Shown piece by piece: positions 28,248 through 40,515 of a stretch of 64,000 nucleotides of DNA. The stretch comes from Leucoraja erinacea. Its lineage: Eukaryota. Location: the NCBI RefSeq assembly GCF_028641065.1, contig NC_073393.1:12028001-12092000 (forward strand), written 5' to 3'. The notes beneath the pieces were generated by a model. The model had not been told where the DNA came from, did no database searches, and worked only from the letters and a program-made list of their open reading frames with translations. Each line of letters opens with the position of its first letter. The stretch's first letter is position 1. Both the position numbers and the translations under genes were made by a program.

Positions 28248-28945
28248 GACTGAAGGTAGACAAAAATGCTGGAGAAACTCAGCGGGTGAGGCAGCACCTA
28301 TGGAGCAAAGGAATAGGTGACGCTTCGGGTCAAGACCCTTCTTCAGACTAATGTGGGGGGGGGGGGGGGGGGGGGTGGGGGGGGGGGGGGGGGGGGGTGG
28401 GAGGGAGGGGAGAAGAAGAAAAGAGGTGCAGACAGTAGGCTGGGAAGGGGAGGGGAAGGAGGGAGAAAGCAAGGACGGCCTGAAATTGGAGAAGTCAATG
28501 TTCATACTGCTGGGGTGTAAACTACCCAAGCAAAATATGAGGTGCCCCATTTGCGGTGGGACTCACTCTGGCCAAGGAGGCCAAGGACAGAAAGGTCGGA
28601 TTCGGAGGGGGAGGGGGAGTTGAAGTGCTGAGCCACCGGGAGATCAGGTTGGTCAATGCGAATTGAGTGGAGGTGTTGGGCGAAGTGATCGCGAAACATG
28701 TGCTTGGTCTCAGCGATGCAGAGCAGTTGACACCTAGAACAGCGGATGCAATAGATGAGTTTGGAGGAGGTGCCTCACCCGGAAAGACTGCTTGGGTCCT
28801 TGGATGGAGTCGAGGGGGGAGGTAAAGCGACAAGTGTGGCATTTCCTGTGGTTGCAAGGGAAAGTGCCAAGGGAGGGCGTGGTTTGGGTGGGAAGGGACA
28901 AATTAGCCAAGAAGTTACAGAGGGAACGGTCTCTGCGGAAAGCCA
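28248..28945 (-). mobile_element. Penelope-like element 3' end: GIY-YIG endonuclease remnant, pyrimidine-rich UTR, hammerhead-containing terminal repeat
   Basis: Frameshifted pieces AFRRDRSL...PCNHRKCHTC (Zn knuckle), DHFAQHLHS...LPVAQHFNS and HLIFCLGSLHPSSMNIDF are typical of the PLE C-terminus. Hammerhead-like motif at 28316-28350. Confidence 0.88.
28316..28350 (-). ncRNA. Minimal hammerhead ribozyme-like motif (one core mutation)
   Basis: Minus strand reads UAGU CUGAAGA A GGGUC UU GACCC GAAG CGUC ACC; the core GAAA has become GAAG. Confidence 0.7.
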
Positions 28946-29450
28946 ACAGTTCACCAACACAACCATTTTGGAACATATTAACATATGCAATATGAGTACA
29001 TCCCTGTGGCGGAGTGTCCCTACAAATATTGTGTACATAATATCAAACATCATCAGTATGTGACATTATATACTATTGTGCAGTAAAAAGCATTAGGCCA
29101 GATAATGATGACAACTGGTAATCATTACTTTAAATGGTGCAAGTACAGGATAACATTAGTATCCATTCTACAGTAATAACCAACAAACAATTTGCTCTAC
29201 ATCTACTCTCACTCTTACCCTCTTCATAAAGGCAAATAATGAATAAAGATATGATTTCAATAAAGTTCAATTTAGTACTCTGATCATGGCTAATCCATAA
29301 AATGAAAGCTTAAGGCTATCCCAACGCACAGTGAATTGCTGATATCTGGCATTTGGTTCCTTTACAATTTACTCTTTCCTTCCACCGTTGGATGGCACTA
29401 ATCTCCACACATTCTGGATTTCACAGTGATAGGGTCAGCACACTCTACTA

Positions 29451-29693
<243 letters not shown>

Positions 29694-31123
29694 CTAGTAA
29701 AAAGATATGTATATATTGTGATATTGTTCAATTTTGGATCATTTAAATAAATCAACAAAATAATTTCCATGGAATGCTTTGCTATTGTGACTATAATCAT
29801 TAAAAAAAATCTCAGTCTCCTCAAACAAGTCATTGCCAATTTGCGCCTGATAAATTTATAGGAAGGAATGTGGGGGTGGTCGCGATTATGGAGGCAAGGA
29901 ATTGCAGATGTTTGGAAGCCGAAGCAAAAAACACCAGATACTGGAGGAACTCAATAGGTCAGGCAGCATCTGTGGTGTGATCAGAGAGAGATAAATGATC
30001 TCTTGAAACATCAACTGTCTGTCGATTGAAGCCCAGATCAACGGTTGACCTGAAAATGCTGACTGCTCATTTTCCTCCACAGATGCTTCCTGACCTACTG
30101 AGTACACAACTTGTTTTCTCTGTTGCATCTTATTTATTCATGTTAGTCCAGTTTGCATGTTATTTGATACATTTTTTCCACCATGCTGTTTACTTTTAAA
30201 ATTGTCAACTTTCAGGAATACACATTGCAAACAGTAGTTACATACCAACTGAGGTGGAAAGAGAATGATTATCCCAATCACCTAGAGTACTACTGTACAC
30301 ATGAAAATTTGGTAACAGGCAATTCATGTCACATTATAGACAGGCATTATTTACAGGTAATATTAATATCAGCGCCAATATTTGAAAAAAGATCCAAAGA
30401 GGTTTGCTGGCCACAGCAGTGTGGCCTCGCACTGGCGATTTCTTCAGGGCAGCCAGCATGATGCCGCCTGCCAGCAACAAGATGGCCTTGATCATAATGG
30501 GGCTCCTCTCCATTTGCAACACTGTGACTCCCGCTGATGCTGCTGCCTCTTCCTGTCGGCTGTCGCTTTGTCCACTCTGCCACTTCCCCCCTCCACCTGC
30601 CCCTCTTCCATCCCCGGAGTTGCCAACATCTTCTACCTTGTAGTTCTCAGCCATGGCGAGCCTGCCAGAAGTCGATCTCCCCCGCCTCTCTCCTTCTTGC
30701 TTGCCCGCCCAGTGTCATACTAACAGTGGACAAGCAGCGAGTCTGGACATCGCTTTTATATCTATGAAGTGACGGGAAGCTCTCACCATCCTCCTGTTGC
30801 TAAACTTGTGTTTCTCATTTTATTAAACCCTCGGATCATGGCAAAACCTGCCCGCCCCACTTCTCTAAACATGCTGGGTCCTGACTTAACGGCTGCAAAC
30901 GGCAGTAGCACACCGCTTGGAAATTCTGCAGTGGGCTTAAAAAACTGTTTACATATGTGCGAATTTACACGTCGGGAAGTGGCTGCACATAGTTTCCTTT
31001 AGAAACTGGATTCAAAGTTTATTAACTTTGATTTGGTTAATTACGATTTCATGAAATGTCATTGTATACACCAAATTACTTTCAAATCAAATCTTCCACA
31101 CAGAACATGGTAGAGGATATTCA

Positions 31124-31321
<198 letters not shown>

Positions 31322-31839
31322 CTATTTTCAACTTTTTTTCTTAATTACTCAATGGGCGATGGGAGACTTTGTTCAATTACATATCCCAAAAACAGACATT
31401 TAAGGTTTTTTTACAATTTAAATGGTTAGAAACACAGAAAATGTTTATTACAAAAATCTCAACATTGCTCAAGTTACAGCATTAACTCAAATTACAGCAT
31501 TAACTCAAATTAAAGCCGCTTTAACCATCTAAGTAACTAATTACAATATCATCTACCTCAAATCTACACCATTTATTGAACGATAGCAACATAAGGATAA
31601 CATTTAATGCCAAACAAATGAAGTGATGTGGTAAAGCGTTTAAGGATAGTGCTCAGAAGAAAATTTCAACTTGCACTCCAAACCCCAGAACACATTACAG
31701 TTCATCAGTTGTAACACACATCTGTAAAATACCAAGACAAAAATTGCACTTATAGTTTGCTATAACTTGACAGTTGTGTTCACAAGAAACCTTGTGTGAT
31801 AGAAAAATCGCATTAGAAAAACAGTTGTGCATGGGGGCC

Positions 31840-33643
31840 CTTGGTTTTCAGAGTTACCATGGCTGAGAATCCAGCCTCACAGTGGACCAATTGGGACAGG
31901 GCCCTCTTCGAAAGGACAGGACTGTCCTTCACTTTCTGCCAAAACATGGCGAGCTCTTGTTCCATGAAGTCACTCTTGAGCTGCGCATCTTCACGAATTC
32001 GATAAAATTCAACCTTCGCAGCCACGTCAGTATTGCTGATGGCAACATCTTCAACGGAAAAGGGTCGGATGATCCACTCATAATGAGAGCGGTCGTCCAG
32101 TCCGGGGAAGTAATGTTCGATGGCTTCACTAATTGCCAGAAGGTGGGTTGAGATCGCCTCGTGGAAGTGGCATTCAGCATCTGGCATAGCATCCAGGAGA
32201 GTCATCATCTCAGGGGAGATAGTCGTGTCATCGTCCTGGACTCTTCTCTAGTAAAGGTGAATCTTCCTCCTGAACTTTGTTACGAGCAGTGTGTAGCATT
32301 GGGAGGTTTCCTTGAAGTGACAGGGTCAAGAAGTTCACCTCAGTGAGGAAGTCAGCTAAGTAAACACCTTCATCACGAACAGTTCATCCTGCATCTTTTC
32401 ATGAAGCTGATTCTCCTCTCGGTACACCCTTTCTCCAAGAACAGCACTATTTCTTCTCGAAGTTGAACCACATGATTGAGAACTTTACCACGCGAAAGCC
32501 AGCGCACGTCTGTGTGGAATATCAGAACAGTGAAATCGGCGCCCATTTCTTCACACATCACTTTGAAGATTCTTGAGTTTGGTGCGCTTCCTCGGATGTG
32601 GTTCACAAACTTCACCACATCTGGAAACACTGCTCGAAGACCAGGAGGGAGAGTCTTCATTGCTAAAGTATGGCAATGTATCATGCAGTGGGTGAAGGAG
32701 ACATGGGGAGCGACATCCTTCACGAAGGCTTTGAAGCTGGATCTGCATCCGACCATGGAAGGTTCCCATCTGTACACGCCCCGACAAGTCGTTCCCAGCC
32801 AAGCTCATGTTTGATGAGGAAGGCTTCCAGCATTCTGAACACATCTTCTCCTCGAGTGGTAGTGGCCAATGGGTCCGAGAAAAGGTACTCCTCCTTCATG
32901 GCTTCTCCGTGGAGGTAACGAACGCAGACTGGCAGTTGGGAACATGAAGCAACATCTGTTGACTCGTCCAGTTGCAGTGAATACACTGGACTGCTCTTCA
33001 CAGCGCTCACTACTTGCAGCAGAATATCATTACTCATATCTGAGATTCGACTTTTGACTGTGTCATTCGAAAGGGAAATCTGCCTGAACTTGTTTGACTG
33101 CTGTTCCCCCAGCACCAACATCGCTGCTTCGAGAAGGCATGGCTTGATAAGCTCTTCACCGACGGTGTGAGGTTTCTTAGTCTGTGTGATTCGATAAGCA
33201 ATCCGGTATGAAGCCTCCAGCGCTGCTTCATTTTGACGATGCAGTGAGTGACCCGTCGAATCGATGCGGGAACCCTTGAGTGCGGCTTCTTTTAGTTTGA
33301 AATAGTCCACGCCCTTCCCCGCCAGGTCGAAGTGACAAAACTCCAAATGGATCTTCAGTTTGCTCGACTTCATGCTCTCGTGGTTCAAAACCTTGCCGCA
33401 GATAACACATTGTGGCTTGACCACGGATTTTTGAACAATGTTTGTGAAGCCGAACTTGAGAAATGCTTCACTATGCGTGCGCTTCTTGGCAGACATGGTT
33501 GACAACACACAGTTTGTGTGCGTATAAGTAATCACATACGTGAACAAAATACTGTGTGTGGTATGTACCTAAAAATAGGCTCAACAAGTTGATATGTTAT
33601 TTTTGACTCCTTCATGACCCCCGGACAAACCCCCAAAAAACTG
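31840..33643 (-). mobile_element. hAT transposon, Buster/Charlie (ZBED5/ZBED8-like) family; frameshifted transposase (ATG ~33496)
   Basis: BED finger (PQCVICGKVL..ESMK.SKLK.HL..CH), SLQLDESTDV, CTDG, HCMIH...[15 protein letters not shown] and CEAGFS motifs split across three or more ORFs. Confidence 0.92.
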
Positions 33644-35073
33644 CCGTGTTAGAGACATCAACCAAACCTCAGGCTTACCAAAATCAACTGTTTGGAACAT
33701 CATTATGAAGAAAGAGAGCACTGGTGAGCTTACTAATCGCAAAGGGACTGGCAGGCCAAGGAAGACCTCCACAGCTGATGACAGAAGAATTATCTCTATA
33801 ATAAAGAAAAATCCCCAAATACCTGTCCGGATCAGAAACATTCTTCAGGAGTCAGATGTGGATTTGTCAATGACCCCTGTCCACAGAAGACTTCGTGAAC
33901 AGAAATACAGAGGCTACACTGCAAGATGCAAACCACTGGCTAGCTGCAAAAATAGGATGGCCCAGTTACAATTTGCCAAGAAGTACTTAAAAGAGCAACC
34001 ACATTTCTGGAAAAAAGATCTTGTGGACAGATGAGACGAAGATTAACTTGTATCAGAGTGATGTAAGAGCAAAGTATGGAGGAGAGAAGGATTCTGCTTC
34101 CACAGATTCACACAGAGTGGTGAATCTGTGGAATTCTCTGCCACAGAAGGTAGTCGAGGCCAGTCCATTGGCTATATTTAACAGGGAGTTAGATGAGGCC
34201 CTTGTGACAAAAGGGATCGGGGGTATGGAGAGAAGGCAGGTACAGGATGCCAAGTTGGATGATCAGCCATGATCATATTGAATGGTGGTGCAGGCTCGAA
34301 GGGCTGAATGGCCTACTCCTGCACCTATTTTCTATGTTTCTATGCTCAAGATCCAAAGCATACCACCTCATCTGTGAAACAGTGGTGGGGGTGTTGTGGC
34401 CTGGGCATGTATGGCTGCTGAAGGTACTGGCTCATTTATCTTTACTGATGATACAACTGCTGATGGTAGTAGCATAATGAATTCTGAAGTGTGTAGACAC
34501 ATCCTATTTGCTCAAGTTCAAACAAATGCCTCAAAACTCATTGGTCAGTAGTTCATTCTATAGCAAGATAATGATCCCAAACCTACTTCTAAAGCAACAA
34601 AGGAGTTTTTCAAAGCAAAAGAAATGGTCAATGCTTGAGTGGCCAAGTCAATCACTTGATCTGAACCCAATTGAGCATGCCTTTTATATGCTGAAGAGAG
34701 GCATGCAATACAGGCCTGGCAGAGCATCACCAGAGAAGACACTCAGCAACTGGTAATGTCCATGAATCACAGACTTCAAGCAGTCACTGCATGCAAAGGA
34801 TATGCAACAAAATACTAAACATGACTACTTTCATTGACATGACATTGCTGAGTCCTAAACATTGTGGTGCCCTAAAATGGGGGACTATGCATAAACACTG
34901 TTGTAATTTCTATATGGTGAAACCAAAATGTATAAAAATTGCCTTTATTAAATTCTGACAAGGTGCACTTTAACCACATGTGATTTTTTTTCTATTACAA
35001 ATCTCAAATTGTTGAATACAGAGGCAAATAAATAAATGATGGGTCTTTGTCCCAAACATTATGAAGGCCACTG
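33644..35073 (+). mobile_element. Tc1-family transposon, 5'-truncated and degraded; right TIR intact
   Basis: HTH region (GRPRKTS..DDRRI), WTDETKIN, QDNDPK and WPSQS.DLNPIEH remnants; terminus ...CCCAAACATTATGAAGGCCACTG|TA at 35073. Confidence 0.9.
34098..34344 (+). mobile_element. CR1 3' tail nested inside the Tc1 transposase
   Basis: Highly similar to 5365-5608; splits the Tc1 sequence between GAGAAGG and CTCAAGATCC. Confidence 0.88.
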
Positions 35074-35557
35074 TATACTGTTGAATCGTATCTACTGTGC
35101 ATAGGACTAAATCCAGCATGACCATCATTCAGAACCAAGTTCACATTATTGGGCAGTTTGAAAGCATTTTGAAGTTTTGTATATTTTGTTAAATCTCATG
35201 TATCAAATTTATGTTACAAGCTGAATGCTCTACAGTTTCAATTCTATTTTTGCGGGAAAAAACTGTTTTATTACTGAAGTGAAACCACAAGCAGCATTAA
35301 TGCCCCTGTCCAAAGAGGAGGGAAAAGGAGAGGTATTTATGAAAATTGAGAATGCATTCAAATAATGCTTCTTGAGAGACATTGATTGATCCATGTGTTT
35401 TATTTGGGTTCATAGCAATAATTGCGATCGTCACCTAGAATTTTGAACTTAATAGTTTTATTTTGTGTACTTAGCAATAAGCAATTAAATGAGCTATTTC
35501 ATTTTCAACTCAGCTGGCATGAAGTTAGTGACTTATTTAGTTAAGTTCAGTACTTAC

Positions 35558-35610
35558 CTGTTTCTGCCATCTCATGCAAGGTGATCATTGAATATGGAGG
35601 CTCTTGATCA
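35558..35610 (-). CDS. RSPRY1: RSPRY1 exon 2 (DQEPPYSMITLHEMAET)
   Basis: Identical to the recalled human peptide; tag/gtaagt; 53 nt. Confidence 0.97.
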
Positions 35611-37299
35611 CTAAAAGAAATTAAAAAAAGTTACTCAGCATATTGTACCAAAAGTCACAATCTGCAGGAATTATCGAAAGCCAGAAACAAATCTTAACGG
35701 AAGCTCTTTTGGTTACACAAGATTATTTTTTTATTGACTGTATTGTACAATGTACTGTACAATGTACTGATTAAATTAACAATGAATCATCTGCATTTTA
35801 CAATACATAGACTTTATTTGATCAAATGCAATCAATTCTTTGTCACTAACCATGTATTTTCAGCCAGACGGTGACTATATTGGCTCTCAGGGAAAAAAAA
35901 TCAACAAGGTGCATCCCAAATCATGACTAACCATTTGCATTTTACAGATAGCCACAATGAAAATTGTTGTAATCCAAATTGATGCAATGGAAATGAAAAC
36001 ACAAAATAACTGGGAACTGGAGCATTTAGCCAGCATTACACTTTCAAATGTCACAGATGAAATGCATTTCATATTTAAAGATGTACATAACTAAATGTTT
36101 TTTTTTAATATATTTACTTATCTTTCCAGACAGCCCAGATTTCACAACTCTGCTTACGAATTCATCCCCAATTTAATTACATGAATCATCCTTCTACTTC
36201 CAAGAATAAACATGTCAGATCTCCTAATCATCAGCATATGTTTTTTTACACCTAATGTAAATCATATAGTTTATGATCTGAAAAGACACCATCCAATGTC
36301 AATGAGATCACAAGTTTGACTATTGATACATGTGTTAGCTTTGTAGATAGACACAAAATGGAATAACTCAGCGGGCCAAGAAGCATCTCTGGATAGAAGG
36401 AATGGTCGATGCTTCGGGTCAAAACCCTTCTTATGTTCAGTTGCTGGAGAGAGCACCTGGATCAATGGGAAGTAGGTTTTAATTTTACTGAACAGAATCA
36501 ACACCAAAATCTTGGAGCAGTGCAATATCACAGAGTTAATTCACATCCTAAAATATGAACCTCTATTTAATGGGCAAGTCTGTTTCATAGCAAGGCTTAT
36601 ACATATTGTATGTGCTTCATTTCTTCCCCTTCCCTTTAAACTAGAAAGGGATATGGTTTTCTCATTATTATCATCACTGCACCAAAGACCTAGTTATAAT
36701 CCTGACCTCAGGTGCTGTCCATATGATTTGCATATTCCCCATGACCATGAGGATTTCATCCCATATCCCGAAGATGTGCAAGTTGAATGTTCATTGGCCA
36801 CTATAAATTGCAGCTGGTGTGTAGGCGAAGACTGGAATCTAGAGGTGGCATTGCTCATTTGTAAATAGGGCAAAAATAAAAAGGGGATTAAGAGGCAGGA
36901 TTAGTGTAAATAAGTGGCTGCCGCTCAGTGTAGATATTTTGTGCTGTATGTTTATGATCATCTATGCTGCAGGTAATCAAAATAACAAGAGCAAACTATA
37001 TTCAAGCATACTTACGTTTAAGCAAACTATTGGCTAAACTGTGAGGAAGGCAAATCACCTGCACAAGTCTTGTACTACATAACACAACCAGTTTCCCTTC
37101 ATTCTTTCCATTAACATCCCGAGCTGCATGGGATAACTTCTCTCAATAACTTCTCTTTTAAGTTTTCCCACTTTCTACGAAGGTGCAGGCATGCACACTT
37201 GCATGTTGTTTTGTTGGCTATGGGAAAGAGTCCCAGAGTAGGTTCATTCCAAATCTACTCTGGCATCCTTTGCCTACCGTTCCCCTGCTACACGTCCTC

Positions 37300-37590
37300 A
37301 CCTGACATCCCATTAACTTCCACATCCAACATATGATCCTTCACTTTTTGCCCGTCCAAAGGCATCCTGCCACCAGTCATATATCCGCTAGTCTTCGCCC
37401 CTCTTTCTGCAGGGACAATTTGTTCCACGACTCCAAGGTCTGCTCAAACCTTACTCCACCCCCTACAGTTTTGCCCCGCACTTTCAGTTGCAACCATAAG
37501 TGCTATACTTGTTCCTATACTTCTTTCCTTCCACTTATCCAGGGACATGACAGCACTTCCAAACAAGACAGAAATTCACATGCCTAATCT
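37300..37590 (+). mobile_element. Degraded Penelope-like element fragment
   Basis: ORF 37333-37587 (HF..VQRHPATSHI...FCRD...TFSCNHKCYTCSYTS.L..IQG) is homologous to 28734-28976. Confidence 0.7.
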
Positions 37591-38835
37591 ATTACATTCA
37601 TTGGTTACTCCACATTGATGTAGAATGCCTGTAACGGCTATCATGAGCAAGTTTTATATTATTTATATCAAGGCTGTTGGGTGTATGGAACAAGCTGCTG
37701 GAGGAGGTAGTTGAGGCAGGTATTATTGCAACATTTAAGAAACATTTAGTGGCACACAGATTGGATAGGTTTAGAAGGATATGGGCCACTTGCAGGCAGG
37801 TGGGATTAGTGTAGTTGGGGCTTTTTGGTTGGCGTGGGCGAGTTGGGCCAGTGGGCCTGTTTCCACGCTGTATGGCTCTATAATTTCACAAAGATAATGG
37901 TTGGGACAAATGAGCAGAGGTTTTCTTGCATTATGGTAGAGAATCATTCTCACTGATTTAAAAACATATTTCATGGAGGTTTTTGATCTGGAAGAATGCT
38001 TCCTTTTTTTGTTTATCGCTTAATGTCTATTATTTTGTGTTTCACTGTTTTAAATTAAATGACATTTAAAAATGGAAAATTTAAATGTGTACATCATTGA
38101 AGAGAAACAAAAACTCTCTCAGCAAACTCAAAATATCAGCCATCTCTGTTGGTTTGTTCAAGATGTGGGGTCTCAGCAGTGTGCCCCCCAAGGCCTATTT
38201 GCAAGTGAACTGAGCAGTAATATGCTTCTTCCCTAGCAGTAATATGTCCCTCTTCCCTTAACCATGGAAAGTTTGGCTCTAACCCCCTAGTCATTCCTTC
38301 TTCTCTTCGCTCTTGTCAACAGAAGATACAAAAGCTTGAAAGTGTGCATCATCAGACTCATTGAAAGTGTATCAGACACATCATCAGTGCATCAGACTCA
38401 TTGAAAGTGTGCATCATCAGAGCTTATTCCCCTCTGTTATCAGGCTTCTGAATGGTCGTTCCACAAGCTAGGGTACTGTCCGATTCACCTCCACCCAATT
38501 GTGGACATTGGACTTTGTCTAAGGAAATTATGTGCTACAATGCCACAAACTATATTCAGCATTCTGTAACTTCCCCTTTGCTCGACCTAATGCACTGGAG
38601 TTTGATTTGTATTTATGTATGGTATAACTGATCTGTTTGGACAGCATTCAAAACAATGCATTTCACTATACTTTGGCACACATGACAATGATAAACCCAA
38701 AACTCAGCTTTGATAAGCTAACGTTAAAAAACAATGTTGTCTTGGCAACTCAGTGACACATTCAAGTTTGCTTTCACATTGTTTGATGTGTGATAATTCT
38801 TCACTTTAAATCAGTTGCTTATAGTTATTTAGGAA

Positions 38836-38975
38836 AGTACTGCAGATGCTGGTTTAAATCAAAGGTAGACACAAAATGCTGGAGTAACTCAGCGGGACAG
38901 GCAGCATCTCTGTGGAGAGAAGGAATCAGATGCTGCCTGTCCCGCTGAGTTACTCCTGCATTTTGTGTCTACCTT
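38836..38975. repeat. Near-perfect palindrome of Penelope-derived terminal segments
   Basis: 38862-38909 pairs with 38928-38975 (48 bp, one mismatch), 18-nt loop. Confidence 0.9.
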
Positions 38976-39719
38976 GCTTATAGTTGTTGGTTGGCATAGC
39001 CAGAGCATCCCAAATTAGTAAACAAAGTGGTTTGTTTGCTCGGCATTTTGTGTTGGCTAGCTGTGTTAGAGGGTGTGGTATAATGCAATGGTAATGATAA
39101 TGCACCTCAATCCTTAAAAATACATTAGTGAGACAAGCAGATTTAAAAACATATTCCACTGCTACTGACACAAGCTTTTTATTCAATTTGGTATCTTCAA
39201 ATTTCTTCAGATGCCCCACAGAAACTCATTGCTTGATGCTGTATACAATGTTCCACCCTGCATGATAATATCACTATTGTAAGATACCAGAGATTCCCTA
39301 CAATAGAAAAGCTTTGCTAATACATCACTAATCATATCACTTGGGGACATCCGGAAAGAGCTTGCCCACCAATTAAATATTATTCCCGCGTAGCACACAT
39401 GTAATGTTGCAAGTTCTTCAACTAATTGGTCAAGACTCCAGCTAATATGTGCTCTTTTTTTGAAAGAATATCATAGGGTTACATACTTCAACCCAATAGC
39501 TGACAATACCTCCATTTAAAAATTTCAGCTGCAAAGACTCTACCTCAGAAACGAGAGCTACCTATTGACTTAAACAACATATCATTAATTTGATTGCTTT
39601 TACAAATGAGGTAGGCTGGCAAAAACAGTACATCTGATATATGCATTCCCCGAGTGATCCGATAGATTTACTTTCATTATTTACTAGTTTATTGAAGCCT
39701 CTTGCTCATTCTAATGACT

Positions 39720-40515
39720 CACCCGTTGCAGCGGCCCCTACAGCCTGTCTGCCTTTTTTTATTTTTTGTCTAGTTAAATGTAGTGTTGGTGTTTTTTTAA
39801 TACTGGTTTTAAATGTGTATATGTGGGGGGAGGGAGGGGGAAACTGTTTAAAATCTCTTCCCTGTCCAGGAGACTCGACCTTTTCCCTGTCGGGTCTCCG
39901 TTGTCGTTGGGGCCTAGCACCGTGGAGCGGCCTCCAACCTGAACGACCCGGGAGCTCGGGAGACTGCGGAGCACTCACCATCATGGGGCTGGCCGGCCTT
40001 GGAGCGTGGGGAGCGGTGGTGACTCGCTGCCGAGACTCGACTCCTGGGGCTCGGAGGCTCCAGCAACGCAGCCGCAGGTCCGGGAGTCGCGGGTCCGGGT
40101 GGAGATACCGCTTTCCGGAGCTCCCGCAACGCGACTTCTCCAGCCCGTGTCGTGGGGTTGGAACGACCCGGAGCGGGGACGTACATCACCCGGCACGGCT
40201 TCATGGCCGTGGGACATTACAGTGCCCGCCAGGGGCTCCAACATTGTGACTTTTAGACCGGGAGCGGGGCCGTACATCGCCCGGCACGGCCTAAAATGGG
40301 CGTGGGACTTAGCATCGCCCGCCTGGGGCTTGGATATCGGGAGAGAAATGGAGAACAGGGGAGAGAAAAGAACCCACTGTGATGGATGTTTGTGTGAATT
40401 AAATTGTGTGTATGTCTGTAGGAAATTGTCTTTGTTTGTATGGCTGTGGAAACGGAATTTCGTTTGAGCCTCACTGAGGCTCAAATGACAATAAATGGTA
40501 TTGTATTGTATTGTT
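39720..40515 (+). mobile_element. Unclassified GC/CpG-rich retroposon with hairpin + TGACAATAAA + (TTGTA)n tail
   Basis: Tail AATTTCGTTTGAGCCTCACTGAGGCTCAAATGACAATAAATGGTATTGTATTGTATTG; internal direct repeat (ACCCGGAGCGGGG.CGTACATC.CCCGGCACGGC, 40166 and 40257). Confidence 0.65.

Noticed and set aside
31470-31512. Short local tandem duplications (also ~22580, ~38340, ~42058)
   Set aside because: Ordinary replication-slippage duplications with no further structure.
32720-33547. Domesticated ZBED-like host gene
   Set aside because: The catalytic domain is broken by multiple frameshifts and a C-terminal truncation; treated as a transposon fossil.
39641-40484. Cluster of 90-200 aa ORFs
   Set aside because: They lie within a GC-rich repeat, appear in several frames on both strands, and have no motifs.
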